A stretch of 64,000 bases of DNA, taken from assembly GCA_964578605.1 (NCBI GenBank), contig CAZODO010000019.1, positions 1,908-65,907 on the forward strand. Reading direction: 5' to 3'. The DNA comes from an uncultured Verrucomicrobiota bacterium (lineage in GTDB: Bacteria; Verrucomicrobiota; Verrucomicrobiia; Limisphaerales; SIBE01). Positions 45,624-54,120 of the stretch are shown in pieces. The notes beneath the pieces were generated by a model. It was not told where the DNA came from. It made no database searches and was given only the letters and a program-made list of their open reading frames with translations. A program made the translations under genes and the position numbers. Each line of letters starts with the position of its first letter. Position 1 is the stretch's first letter.

Positions 45624-47990
45624 TTAGGAGCGAACTTCGAGCGAGATCTGCTTCTGTTGGCGCGAGATCAACAGCGTCATGCTCTGAAAATCTGCCAGCG
45701 CAGGCACTTGCTCGAGCAACACTCCGACATCCGTCACCTGGGTGCCGTCGATCGCCAGGATCACGTCGCCTTTCTGCAAGCCGCTCTTCGCCAGGATGGA
45801 GTTGTCTGGGACTTTCAGCACCAAGGCGCCAACAACACCCGGCAGACCAAGCGCCGACATTTCCCCCGCGCCGGCGATGTTCCGAACGGTGGCTCCGAGC
45901 CAAAGACGAGGGCTTGTGTTGCGGGCCCCTGTGGCCGCCCCAGCCTTTTGTCCTGGCAGCGTGGGTTTGCGGGCCAAGGCGCTCAAGGACGGTTCCTGCA
46001 CGCCGAAGTTGTCCATCGGGAAGTTCACGAATCCCAAGGCGAGCGCTGGCGAACCCTCCCGGACACGGTAATCGCCCGTGGCGGGGTCCAGGAAGAGCGC
46101 GTCTCCGAGCAGGGAGTGTTCGTCACGGCCGCTTTGCCTTTGCAGGGGTGTGGCTGGCCCGAGTGCCGCGCTCTCCCGGTGCAGGAGGTTGTAATCCAGG
46201 TCTTGACCCCAGGGCGGAGGCGGCATCAGCGCGGGCTGGTACTCGCGCCAAACGATATTCCGCCGGAACACGTCGCCGCTGTTGGCATACCAGACGTGAG
46301 GGTGGAAGCCGGAGGTGACCATGATGTTGTTCTCGACCACGCGTCCGTACCCTTCGCGGTTCTTGATGCCGCCGCGGAGGCACAGATTGTTGGTGATGAC
46401 GTAAAAGGAGGACCCGTCATCGAGGTCGATGTCCCATCCATGGTCGCAACGCCAGCGGTTGTTCCGCAAGATCACAGGCTCTACAGCGTCCAAGCGCGGA
46501 AGGCCGGGAGCTTGCCGGATCCATTCGTTGACCTCCGAAACGTTCGGACGCCAATAGCGGTCGCGTCCCCAGGAGTTGAACGAACCATGGTCGCCCGTCT
46601 CCTTCACGGTGTCGAACACGTCGCAGAACTCGATCACATGACCGCCCCAGGAGCCGTCCCCGATGTTGATGCCGGCCCGGGGCGTGTCGTAAATTGAGCA
46701 GTGGCGAATCGTAATGCCGCGCGCGAGTTGAATGTGAACTCCTGCTGTCTGCTTCTCCACTCGGCCGGTGAGATAAATGAGGCAGTCGTCAACCAGGCAG
46801 TCGGCCGGGTAGTTGGGGCTCTTCGGCCCCGGCGTGCGATCGAGGTCCTCGAGCTGGTTCACCTGGCTGTAATTGAACAAGGGATTGCGCGTCGCTTGCG
46901 GGTCTCCCACGAAGCAGATGCCATTGCCGCCTGCCTTGGCGATTTGGCAACCCCGCACCGTGATCCGCCGGTTGTACTGGTTGACGAAGATCGCGTTGCC
47001 GCCAACCTGGTCCAGAAAGCTGCGTTCGATCGCGCAGTCTTCCGCGCCCTCGAAGAAAACGGCTCCACCACGGTAGATCGCCCAGTCGGAGCGCATGAGC
47101 GGTTCCTTGGTGTCCATGACCGTGCGCGCCGCGTGGCGGAAGGTCAGTCCGCGCAAGGTCACAAAGCGGACCGGTCTCGATTCGCTGCCGCGGAACTCGA
47201 CGAGGTGCCGGAGTCGCGTGGCTTCCACTTTGGCGGTGCTCAGGTCCAGTCCGTTGGGCGGGTAGAAGTACAGGGTGTGCGTGGTTGAATCGAGGAACCA
47301 CTCGCCGGGCGCGTCCAGTTCTTCGAAGATGTTTTCCACGAACCGAATGCTCTGATGCACGGCCCCGCCCCGGTTGTTTTGCCAACCGCCTTCCAGCGTG
47401 ACTTCGCCCTTGGCATTCTTTCCAGTGATCCGCCAGGTAAAATCGCCCCAGAGCGCGGGATGCATGGCATGGAAATACCCGCCCATTGGATTCGCCCAGC
47501 GTGCCGCGCGATTTGCGGAGATGGCGTCGGCTGCGAAGCCGTCGAAGTACTGAGCCTTGGGATTGAAGTTCGGATACCTTGCCAGAATCTGGCGTTCGCC
47601 ATTGACGAAAATCTCCTCGGTTCGCAGGGCCGCGGGCACCTTCGCCTGATCGATGCCGTCGCGGCAGGGCTGCCAATCCAGTTTCTCGAGGTTGACTCCG
47701 CCGCTGATCACGGGTGTCTCGTCCTGGTAGGCCTGGTAAACGATCGGAGCGGCCTTGGTGCCTGAATCGCGCGGCGTAAAAACCAGCGGTTCGGCCAGGT
47801 AATAGGTGCCGCCGCGCAGCCAGACGGAGCCCGGCTTTTGGCGCACGGCTTCTTGGGTCCGCCTCAAAGTGGCAAAGGGCTTTTCCAAGGTGCCTGGATT
47901 GGCGTCATCACCGCCGGGGGCGACATAATAAGGCTGCCCGAGAACACCCATGGTGATGCTGACGAGGACAAGGATCGCGAGAGATTTCAT
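45624..47990 (-). CDS. Secreted right-handed parallel beta-helix repeat protein with C-terminal PDZ domain
   Basis: Signal peptide MKSLAILVLVSITMGVLG. YYVAPGGDDANPGTLEKPFATLRR is the typical beta-helix/pectate-lyase-fold N-cap. The C-terminus LPGVVGALVLKVPDNSILAKSGLQKGDVILAIDGTQV is PDZ-like. Confidence 0.8.
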   Translation of the reverse strand: MKSLAILVLVSITMGVLGQPYYVAPGGDDANPGTLEKPFATLRRTQEAVRQKPGSVWLRGGTYYLAEPLVFTPRDSGTKAAPIVYQAYQDETPVISGGVNLEKLDWQPCRDGIDQAKVPAALRTEEIFVNGERQILARYPNFNPKAQYFDGFAADAISANRAARWANPMGGYFHAMHPALWGDFTWRITGKNAKGEVTLEGGWQNNRGGAVHQSIRFVENIFEELDAPGEWFLDSTTHTLYFYPPNGLDLSTAKVEATRLRHLVEFRGSESRPVRFVTLRGLTFRHAARTVMDTKEPLMRSDWAIYRGGAVFFEGAEDCAIERSFLDQVGGNAIFVNQYNRRITVRGCQIAKAGGNGICFVGDPQATRNPLFNYSQVNQLEDLDRTPGPKSPNYPADCLVDDCLIYLTGRVEKQTAGVHIQLARGITIRHCSIYDTPRAGINIGDGSWGGHVIEFCDVFDTVKETGDHGSFNSWGRDRYWRPNVSEVNEWIRQAPGLPRLDAVEPVILRNNRWRCDHGWDIDLDDGSSFYVITNNLCLRGGIKNREGYGRVVENNIMVTSGFHPHVWYANSGDVFRRNIVWREYQPALMPPPPWGQDLDYNLLHRESAALGPATPLQRQSGRDEHSLLGDALFLDPATGDYRVREGSPALALGFVNFPMDNFGVQEPSLSALARKPTLPGQKAGAATGARNTSPRLWLGATVRNIAGAGEMSALGLPGVVGALVLKVPDNSILAKSGLQKGDVILAIDGTQVTDVGVLLEQVPALADFQSMTLLISRQQKQISLEVRS

Positions 47991-48263
47991 GCTGTCTTAA
48001 ACGCCCGGCTGAGGTTTCGCTTCCGCATAGCGCCCACGGCCTACTCTGTCGATTCATGCCGGATTGAACAGCGCAAAGTCGTTCAGGCTCCGCGGCGATA
48101 CCGGGCGTGACCTTCGCGTGTCCGTTGCGGAGCATGGGCCGGGTCTTCCATCATTCTTGGGATTTGGGGTGAAGGGCATCCCGTCGGCCGCACGGATTGG
48201 CTTTCAACAGGGTGGAGAGCCGAGTTTTGGCGGCTTCACTGGCTGAGGTCCCCGCCCAAAGGG

Positions 48264-48291
48264 TTGACTGCGTGCTGTTGCTCGTTACGCT
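48264..48291 (+). promoter_or_regulatory. Sigma-70-like promoter candidate for the AraC/GH84-like gene
   Basis: TTGACT (48264-69), 16-nt spacer, TACGCT (48286-91). The predicted TSS falls at about the annotated GTG 48298, so the true translation start may lie further downstream. Confidence 0.35.
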
Positions 48292-48297
48292 GCCGGC

Positions 48298-50421
48298 GTG
48301 AATGCAGGCAGGCCCAACACCGCCGCGCACTCGATCAACGGACCGGCTTTGCCCGGGGAGGGGGCCCACACAGAGTCCGCGGAGCCGGCGGTTCCGGCAT
48401 GCGGATTGGTGGTGTTCGAGAAGCGGCGGGCGGCGGGGTTGTCGGCGGACCTGGCGGATCGCGACTCGCGTTTCTCCTTGGTTCTTTCGGGGCAGGCTCG
48501 TTGTGAGAGCGGAGATCGTCGTTATGTGCTTGGGCCGGATACGCTCTGCCACGTCCCGGCTGGCAAGGTTGTCCGCCACGAAATCCTGCCGCATGACCCG
48601 GTCACCGTCTATGTGATCCGCTACCGGCCGGAGCTTCTCTCGGCCGTGGGAGGCCCCTTGAACGCCTTGGGTGTCCTGCCGTTGGAACTGGGCAGCGCCA
48701 AAACAAACCAGGTGCGCGTCGTCCGGTCCATCTTCCAGGAGATGCTCTTTGAACAGGATTCCAGCCAGGAAGGGTGGGAATTGATCCTGCACTCGCGCCT
48801 GATCGATCTCGCCGTTCGGACGCTGCGCTTCGTGCGGCGGCGTGGTCCGGATCATTTTCCCGGGTTTGAGCCTGGCAACGACAGCACGGATCGCGTGGCG
48901 CGGTATGCTCTGCGGTTGAAATCGCGTTTCTACCAGCAGGAAAGCCTTTCTGAGGCGGCGCGGTCGGTGGGGCTTAGCCGGCGCCAGTTCACGGAGCTCT
49001 TTCGTAAAATAACCGGGCAAAGCTGGCGTTGCTATGTGCTGGGATTGCGGTTGAAGCACGCGGCGGATTTGTTGTCGGGGACGGACCGTTCGGTGCTTGC
49101 CGTCGCTTTTGAATCCGGGTTCGATGACGCCTCGCATTTCCACCATTGTTTCAAATCCGAATACGGATGTCCCCCGATGGCTTACCGGGAGCAGCGCCGG
49201 GTGCGTCTTCCCACCAAGGCACGACTCTCGCCCGAACAGGGCGCGCCCGGATTCAAGCTTCGCGGGATGAAGGGCTGGTTCTGGACAGCCGGCCAGTACC
49301 TGGAAGAGATCCAAGTGTTGGCTGGCCTGAAGATGAATTTCCTCATGGATTGCTATGGCTCCATGATCGTGTCCCAGCGGGGTGAGCCTTGGTGCAACCA
49401 GTGGTGGAAACCCATGACCCCCGCCCGCAAAGAGGCCTACGGGCGCATCATCCGCGCTTGCCAGAGTGCTGGCATCCGGTTCTGTTTCTCCCTGCATCCG
49501 CAACTGGCCTCCCCGCGCCCGCTCGACCCGGAAAGCGCCACGGACGTGACGGCGTTTTTTCAGCATTACCGGTGGGCCCAAGGCCAGGGCGTGCAGTGGT
49601 TCAGTGTTTGCCTGGATGGGGCGGGGTGGGGCCATGCCGGACCGGGGCCTTGTGGCACCCGGCACGCGCGGTTCGTCACCGCGGTGCTCGAGAGGCTCCG
49701 TGCCCATGACGTCAGGGCGCAGATGGTCTTCTGTCCGGCTGCTTGCTGGGGCGATGGCACCAACCCGGAGCACCAGGCTTACCTGGAGGCCCTGGCCCGC
49801 GACCTGGACTCGGAAGTTTATGTCTTTTGGAATGGCGATAGCATCGTCACGCCCCGCATCACCCGGGTGGCAGCTGAAAGCTACCGGAGCGTCGTCAAGC
49901 ACCGTCTGTTTCTTTGGGACAATTACCCGGTCAACGACGGCAGCCCTACGTTGCACTTGGGCCCCGTCAGCGGGCGCGAGCCGGACCTTTGCGAAGTCGT
50001 GGACGGTTACCTGAGCAACCCGATGTGCACGCAGAACCAGATCAACCGGATACCCCTGGCCACCTGCGCAGATTACGCTTACAACCCCCGCGCCTATCAT
50101 CCCGGCCGCTCGATCAGCCGCGCGATTCTCAGGCTGGGTCGAACCAGCCTCCAGCAACGCGTGCTCAAGGACCTGGTCGAAGCCTATCCCGGTTTCATCG
50201 TGGCGGGCGGGGGCACGGGCACCAATCCTGTCCGCGCCAAGTTCCTCAAGGCGGCTTCGGCGCCCGGCGCCCGTCCCTCCCTGCTCGCTCTGTGTGAGCG
50301 CATGAGCGATATCAAGGCCCGGTTGGACGCGCACTTCCCGGCCTTGTTCCCGGCCACAAAGACGACCGTGGCGGACGACATTGCGTGGATGAAATCCGAG
50401 CTGGCCAGGCTCGGGATTTGA
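48298..50421 (+). CDS. AraC/XylS-family transcriptional regulator fused to a C-terminal GH84-like (O-GlcNAcase-type) domain with degenerate catalytic residues
   Basis: A cupin-like AraC N-domain is followed by a double HTH (LSEAARSVGLSRRQFTELFRKITG.. and VAFESGFDDASHFHHCFKSEYGCPPMAYR). The last ~390 aa are collinear with the secreted protein at 62018-63787 (LFLWDNYPVNDGSPTLHLGPV is identical in both). The start codon is uncertain (GTG 48298). Confidence 0.8.
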   Translation: MNAGRPNTAAHSINGPALPGEGAHTESAEPAVPACGLVVFEKRRAAGLSADLADRDSRFSLVLSGQARCESGDRRYVLGPDTLCHVPAGKVVRHEILPHDPVTVYVIRYRPELLSAVGGPLNALGVLPLELGSAKTNQVRVVRSIFQEMLFEQDSSQEGWELILHSRLIDLAVRTLRFVRRRGPDHFPGFEPGNDSTDRVARYALRLKSRFYQQESLSEAARSVGLSRRQFTELFRKITGQSWRCYVLGLRLKHAADLLSGTDRSVLAVAFESGFDDASHFHHCFKSEYGCPPMAYREQRRVRLPTKARLSPEQGAPGFKLRGMKGWFWTAGQYLEEIQVLAGLKMNFLMDCYGSMIVSQRGEPWCNQWWKPMTPARKEAYGRIIRACQSAGIRFCFSLHPQLASPRPLDPESATDVTAFFQHYRWAQGQGVQWFSVCLDGAGWGHAGPGPCGTRHARFVTAVLERLRAHDVRAQMVFCPAACWGDGTNPEHQAYLEALARDLDSEVYVFWNGDSIVTPRITRVAAESYRSVVKHRLFLWDNYPVNDGSPTLHLGPVSGREPDLCEVVDGYLSNPMCTQNQINRIPLATCADYAYNPRAYHPGRSISRAILRLGRTSLQQRVLKDLVEAYPGFIVAGGGTGTNPVRAKFLKAASAPGARPSLLALCERMSDIKARLDAHFPALFPATKTTVADDIAWMKSELARLGI

Positions 50422-50529
50422 GGTTCGGCCTGAATCTCTGCGATACGGGTTCTCTTTCGAGTGAGAGCGTTGAGCCATTGCGGCAAGGACTGGCGGCGGT
50501 TGACTTTCGCTTGACAGATGCGGAGGGAT

Positions 50530-50547
50530 GTTTCTACAGATAGAAAC
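50530..50547. promoter_or_regulatory. Inverted repeat GTTTCTA-N4-TAGAAAC immediately upstream of the trpR-like gene (candidate operator)
   Basis: GTTTCTA (50530-36), caga, TAGAAAC (50541-47). It ends 5 nt before ATG 50553. It is preceded by TTGACT (50500) and TTGACA (50511), -35-like hexamers 11 bp apart. Confidence 0.45.
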
Positions 50548-50552
50548 ACACC

Positions 50553-50840
50553 ATGGACCAAATCAGCAGTATTGCCCGGGTCATCGCGCAGATGCGCGAC
50601 CCGAAGGCTGTTGAGCGTCTGCTCAGAGAACTGCTGACGAAAAGCGAGGAGGAACGCCTGTCGCTCCGCTGGGATATCGTCCGGCTTCTATCCGAAGGCA
50701 AGAGCCAGCGGAAGGTCGCCCAGGAATTGGGAGTCAGCTTGTGCAAGATCACGCGCGGGGCCCGGCAGCTCAAAAGAGGGAGATCCATGCTTAAGAAAGT
50801 ATTCGAACCACGGTCTTCGCCCTCTCAATCCACACCCTAA
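50553..50840 (+). CDS. Trp-repressor (TrpR/YerC-YecD) family DNA-binding protein
   Basis: LLRELLTKSEEERLSLRWDIVRLLSEGKSQRKVAQELGVSLCKITRGARQLK is collinear with the TrpR pattern LT..E...L..R..I...L..G..SQR....LG....ITRG...LK. Confidence 0.8.
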   Translation: MDQISSIARVIAQMRDPKAVERLLRELLTKSEEERLSLRWDIVRLLSEGKSQRKVAQELGVSLCKITRGARQLKRGRSMLKKVFEPRSSPSQSTP

Positions 50841-50849
50841 GAGAAAACT

Positions 50850-52238
50850 ATGCGTACGAAAGTGTTTCTGACCGAAGATGAAATGCCACGGCAATGGTAC
50901 AACATCGCCGCGGATCTGCCGTCCCCCATGCAGCCCCCCCTGGGACCGGATGGAAAGCCCATCACCCCCGAGATGCTTGCCCCGGTCTTTCCGATGAACA
51001 TCATCGAGCAAGAAGTGAGCACCCAGCGGTGGATCGACATTCCGGAAGATGTCCTGGAGATACTCTGGAAATGGCGGCCGTCTCCGCTCCACCGGGCCGT
51101 GACGCTGGAAAGGGCCTTGGGCACACCGGCAAAGATCTATTACAAGAACGAGAGCGTTTCGCCGGCGGGAAGCCACAAAACCAACACCTCGGTGCCGCAG
51201 GCGTGGTACAACAAGCAGTTCGGCATCAAGAAGATCACCACCGAGACCGGCGCCGGCCAGTGGGGGAGCGCGCTCGCCTTTGCCTGTGCGCTGTTGGGCC
51301 TGGAATGCAAGGTCTTCATGGTGCGCATCAGCTTTGACCAAAAGCCGTTTCGCAAGCTCATGATGGAGACCTGGGGGGCGACGTGCGTCGGCAGCCCCTC
51401 GTCCGAGACGAATGCCGGCCGCCAGATCCTGGCCCAGCATCCGGATACTCCCGGCTCGCTGGGTATCGCCATCAGTGAGGCGATCGAAGCGGCCGTCACC
51501 GACAAGAGCGGCTCCACCCGATATTCCCTCGGGAGCGTGTTGAACCATGTGATGCTCCACCAGACCATCATCGGGCTCGAAGCCAAGAAACAGCTCGAGA
51601 AGATCGGGGAAAAGAAGGTCGATGTCGTGATCGCTTGCGCTGGCGGTGGCTCGAACTTCGCGGGCCTCGCGTTCCCGTTCGTCAATGACAAGATCCACGG
51701 CGCCCAGATTGACATCATTCCCGTGGAACCGACTTCGTGCCCGACGATGACACGAGGTCCGTTTGTTTATGACCATGGCGACACGGCGAAGATGACGCCG
51801 CTTCTGCCCATGCATTCGCTCGGCCACGACTTCATCCCGCCGCCGATCCATGCGGGGGGCTTGCGGTATCACGGCATGGCCCCGCTGGTAAGCCAGACGA
51901 TCGTGGAAGGGCTGGTCACCCCGCGCGCCATCGACCAGATTGAATGCTACGAAGCCGCGGTGCTCTTCGCGCGGACCGAGGGAATCATTCCCGCGCCCGA
52001 GACCAGCCACGCCATCGCCGCCGCGATCCAGGAAGCGAAGAAAGCCAAGGAAGAAGGGAAGGAAAAGGTCATCCTCTTCAACTTTTCCGGTCACGGTCTG
52101 ATGGACCTCGCCGGCTATGACCGTTTTTTCCGAGGCAAGCTCGTCAATTATTCACTGCCGGAAAGCGAGATGGGGAGCGCGATTCGGGAGCTTGGCAATC
52201 TGCCGAGACCCAAAATGGTTCGCACCGGCAGATGGTGA
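50850..52238 (+). CDS. trpB: Tryptophan synthase beta chain, TrpB2 (long, stand-alone) type
   Basis: 462 aa. It has the TrpB2-type N-terminus ([14 protein letters not shown]) and the PLP lysine motif [10 protein letters not shown]. No trpA is present in the window. Confidence 0.88.
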   Translation: MRTKVFLTEDEMPRQWYNIAADLPSPMQPPLGPDGKPITPEMLAPVFPMNIIEQEVSTQRWIDIPEDVLEILWKWRPSPLHRAVTLERALGTPAKIYYKNESVSPAGSHKTNTSVPQAWYNKQFGIKKITTETGAGQWGSALAFACALLGLECKVFMVRISFDQKPFRKLMMETWGATCVGSPSSETNAGRQILAQHPDTPGSLGIAISEAIEAAVTDKSGSTRYSLGSVLNHVMLHQTIIGLEAKKQLEKIGEKKVDVVIACAGGGSNFAGLAFPFVNDKIHGAQIDIIPVEPTSCPTMTRGPFVYDHGDTAKMTPLLPMHSLGHDFIPPPIHAGGLRYHGMAPLVSQTIVEGLVTPRAIDQIECYEAAVLFARTEGIIPAPETSHAIAAAIQEAKKAKEEGKEKVILFNFSGHGLMDLAGYDRFFRGKLVNYSLPESEMGSAIRELGNLPRPKMVRTGRW

Positions 52239-52335
52239 GGACGTATTGAGAGCGGATAAGAACGCTCTGCGTTGGCGGAATCCGGCCAGGGCCCTGTGAA
52301 CCGAGGCGGGGCCCTGCGCTTGCTGCACTGATGAC

Positions 52336-52593
52336 ATGATGACACGGATCGACCCAAACCAGGAAATGCACTGCCGCAAGCTCGGCCACCCGGTCCCGCT
52401 CTCCTACTGCGTTCGGGAGAGCATCGAGCTTCCATGTCGGCTTGTCTGCCAGTGTTGGGAGGGCCACATCCCGATCCATCAGTACCTCCTCACGCTGTAT
52501 GCGGAATCGCAGCTTGCAGCCCTCGATAAGCCAGCCTCTAAGCTCGCTTCGATCCTCGACAGCATCCATCAGGCGCGGGGATCGAGCCCGTAA
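52336..52593 (+). CDS. Hypothetical small Cys-rich protein
   Basis: 85-aa ORF 97 nt downstream of trpB2 on the same strand, with five Cys (C13, C25, C34, C38, C40). No family recognised. Support is the ORF alone. Confidence 0.3.
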   Translation: MMTRIDPNQEMHCRKLGHPVPLSYCVRESIELPCRLVCQCWEGHIPIHQYLLTLYAESQLAALDKPASKLASILDSIHQARGSSP

Positions 52594-52737
52594 GCCTCGG
52601 AAGACCACCGGCTCCGTGCCGGTCCTGTGAGCAAACCCCAAGACGAGCCAGGCGGCAGACAAGCAGAGGACTTTGCCGGGCGAATGCGCGAATGCGTGAC
52701 ATTTTTACTCGTAAGGCACTGAAAGCGAGGGGTTTGC

Positions 52738-52765
52738 AAAACTGTACACATCTGTGTACAGTTTT
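52738..52765. promoter_or_regulatory. Perfect 28-bp palindrome AAAACTGTACACA-TC-TGTGTACAGTTTT
   Basis: 13-bp arms with a 2-bp centre, containing two TGTACA hexamers. It overlaps a promoter-like TTTGCA (52733-38), 18-nt spacer, TACAGT (52757-62). It is followed by a second small hairpin, GGTCAG-aaacc-CTGACC (52774-90). Confidence 0.5.
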
Positions 52766-53035
52766 ACGGGCAAGGTCAGAAACCCTGACCCTAAGCACAT
52801 GGACGTGACCTCAACGTTGCGCGCGACTTACGAGTCGTTCCCCAGCTTTTTCACTGACGATCCGTTGAACATTCCCGACAAGTTCGATGAACAGTTCTTC
52901 ATCGTTGGGATAGGCAACGGGATTCCGGACATCCCCCGCATTGCTCCTGTTCTATCTCGGGGACCCGTGGCCGTTCTCGGCTCCCCGCTGAAGCATGGGT
53001 GAAATGGCCAATGTTCGCTCTCCAGTTCTCCTCAG

Positions 53036-54109
53036 TTACTTTGGCCACTCGCCATTGACGATCGGGCGCAGCGAGAGCTTGGCCGGATCAAGGGCGACAT
53101 GCCGCACCTTCTGCCGTTTCCAGGTATACGTGACATGCACAACGCCATTGCTGGCTTGGATCACGGCCGGGTAACTGTATTCGCCAGGTTCGCTTTCGAG
53201 GACGAGTGCCGCCTGCCAGATTTCACCGTCCGCGGAAACCGCCACGTTCAAGGGGGAGCGGCCCCGAGCGGTGTGATTGTAGACGAGCAGATGGCGGCCG
53301 TCCTTGAGCGTCACGGCGTCGGTGCCGGAATTTGGATTGGGCAATTCCGTCAAAGTGAGAGGACCCCAGGTGGAGCCGGCGTCATCGGACGTGGTTCGGA
53401 AGATTCTGCCTTCGCGGGTGCGCCCTAAAGCCATGAGCCGGTCGCCGCCGAGGAACAGAACACTCGGTTGGATCGCACGCAGGGCCACGCCGTCGTGAAG
53501 CAAGTCCGTCCGTTCCCAGGTCCGCCCCAGGTCGCGGGTGCGTTCAAAGTAGATCGCCCACTTGCTGGGGCGTTCGTCGGTTTCGTTGCTCGTAGGACAC
53601 AGAATATCGCCATTCGCGAGCTGCACCGGCTTGTTCTTGATGGGGCCAAAGATCCCTTCGGGCAAGCGGCACGGTTGTGACCACCTCCTTCCATTATCCA
53701 CAGAAGTCGTGAGCATTCCCCACCAGGTTTGCGGCGAAGGCCCGACTTTGTAAAAGAGCATGAGCGGGCCGTTGTGCGGCTGAAAAAGAACCGGATTCCA
53801 CGTTGGGTGTCGCACCACCGCGCCGTTGGACTTGCGGTACTGAATGCCGTTCGCGACTTCAACCGGCGCAGACCATTGGCCGCTCTCCAGCCGAGAGACC
53901 CAGATCCCGACATCGGGATCCTTCTCATCCGTGCCGCCAAACCAAGCGGCCACCAAATTGCCAGCGGTCGTCTCGACAATCGTTGACGCGTGGCAGGAGG
54001 GGAACGGGGCGGTTTCGTAAATGAACTCGCTCTTGAGCAAAGCGGGATCCGCGGCCCACAATGGAATAGCGATCAAGAGCGAGGCGAACGTGAGATTTGT
54101 CCGGGTCAT
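53036..54109 (-). CDS. BNR/sialidase-fold protein (exo-alpha-sialidase-like)
   Basis: Signal peptide MTRTNLTFASLLIAIPLWA. FIYETAPFPSCHASTIVETTAGNLVAAWFGGTDEKDPDVGIWVSR..WNPVLFQP..LFYKVGPSPQTWWG..S.D.G.TW blocks are typical of the non-viral sialidase/BNR_2 family. The start is at ATG 54109, not the track start 54469. Confidence 0.8.
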   Translation of the reverse strand: MTRTNLTFASLLIAIPLWAADPALLKSEFIYETAPFPSCHASTIVETTAGNLVAAWFGGTDEKDPDVGIWVSRLESGQWSAPVEVANGIQYRKSNGAVVRHPTWNPVLFQPHNGPLMLFYKVGPSPQTWWGMLTTSVDNGRRWSQPCRLPEGIFGPIKNKPVQLANGDILCPTSNETDERPSKWAIYFERTRDLGRTWERTDLLHDGVALRAIQPSVLFLGGDRLMALGRTREGRIFRTTSDDAGSTWGPLTLTELPNPNSGTDAVTLKDGRHLLVYNHTARGRSPLNVAVSADGEIWQAALVLESEPGEYSYPAVIQASNGVVHVTYTWKRQKVRHVALDPAKLSLRPIVNGEWPK

Positions 54110-54120
54110 GGTGGTTCGGA

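Noticed and set aside
48151-50478. 775-aa minus-strand ORF
   Set aside because: It is antisense to the AraC/GH84-like gene, whose HTH and GH84-like blocks are clear and which has a paralog in the window. It is a shadow ORF.
52738-52765. The palindrome as a LexA/SOS box because of CTGT...ACAG ends
   Set aside because: The spacing is CTGT-N14-ACAG rather than the classical CTGT-N8-ACAG. As I recall, the motif reported for Verrucomicrobia is of a different TGTTC/GAACA type. No SOS gene is adjacent.
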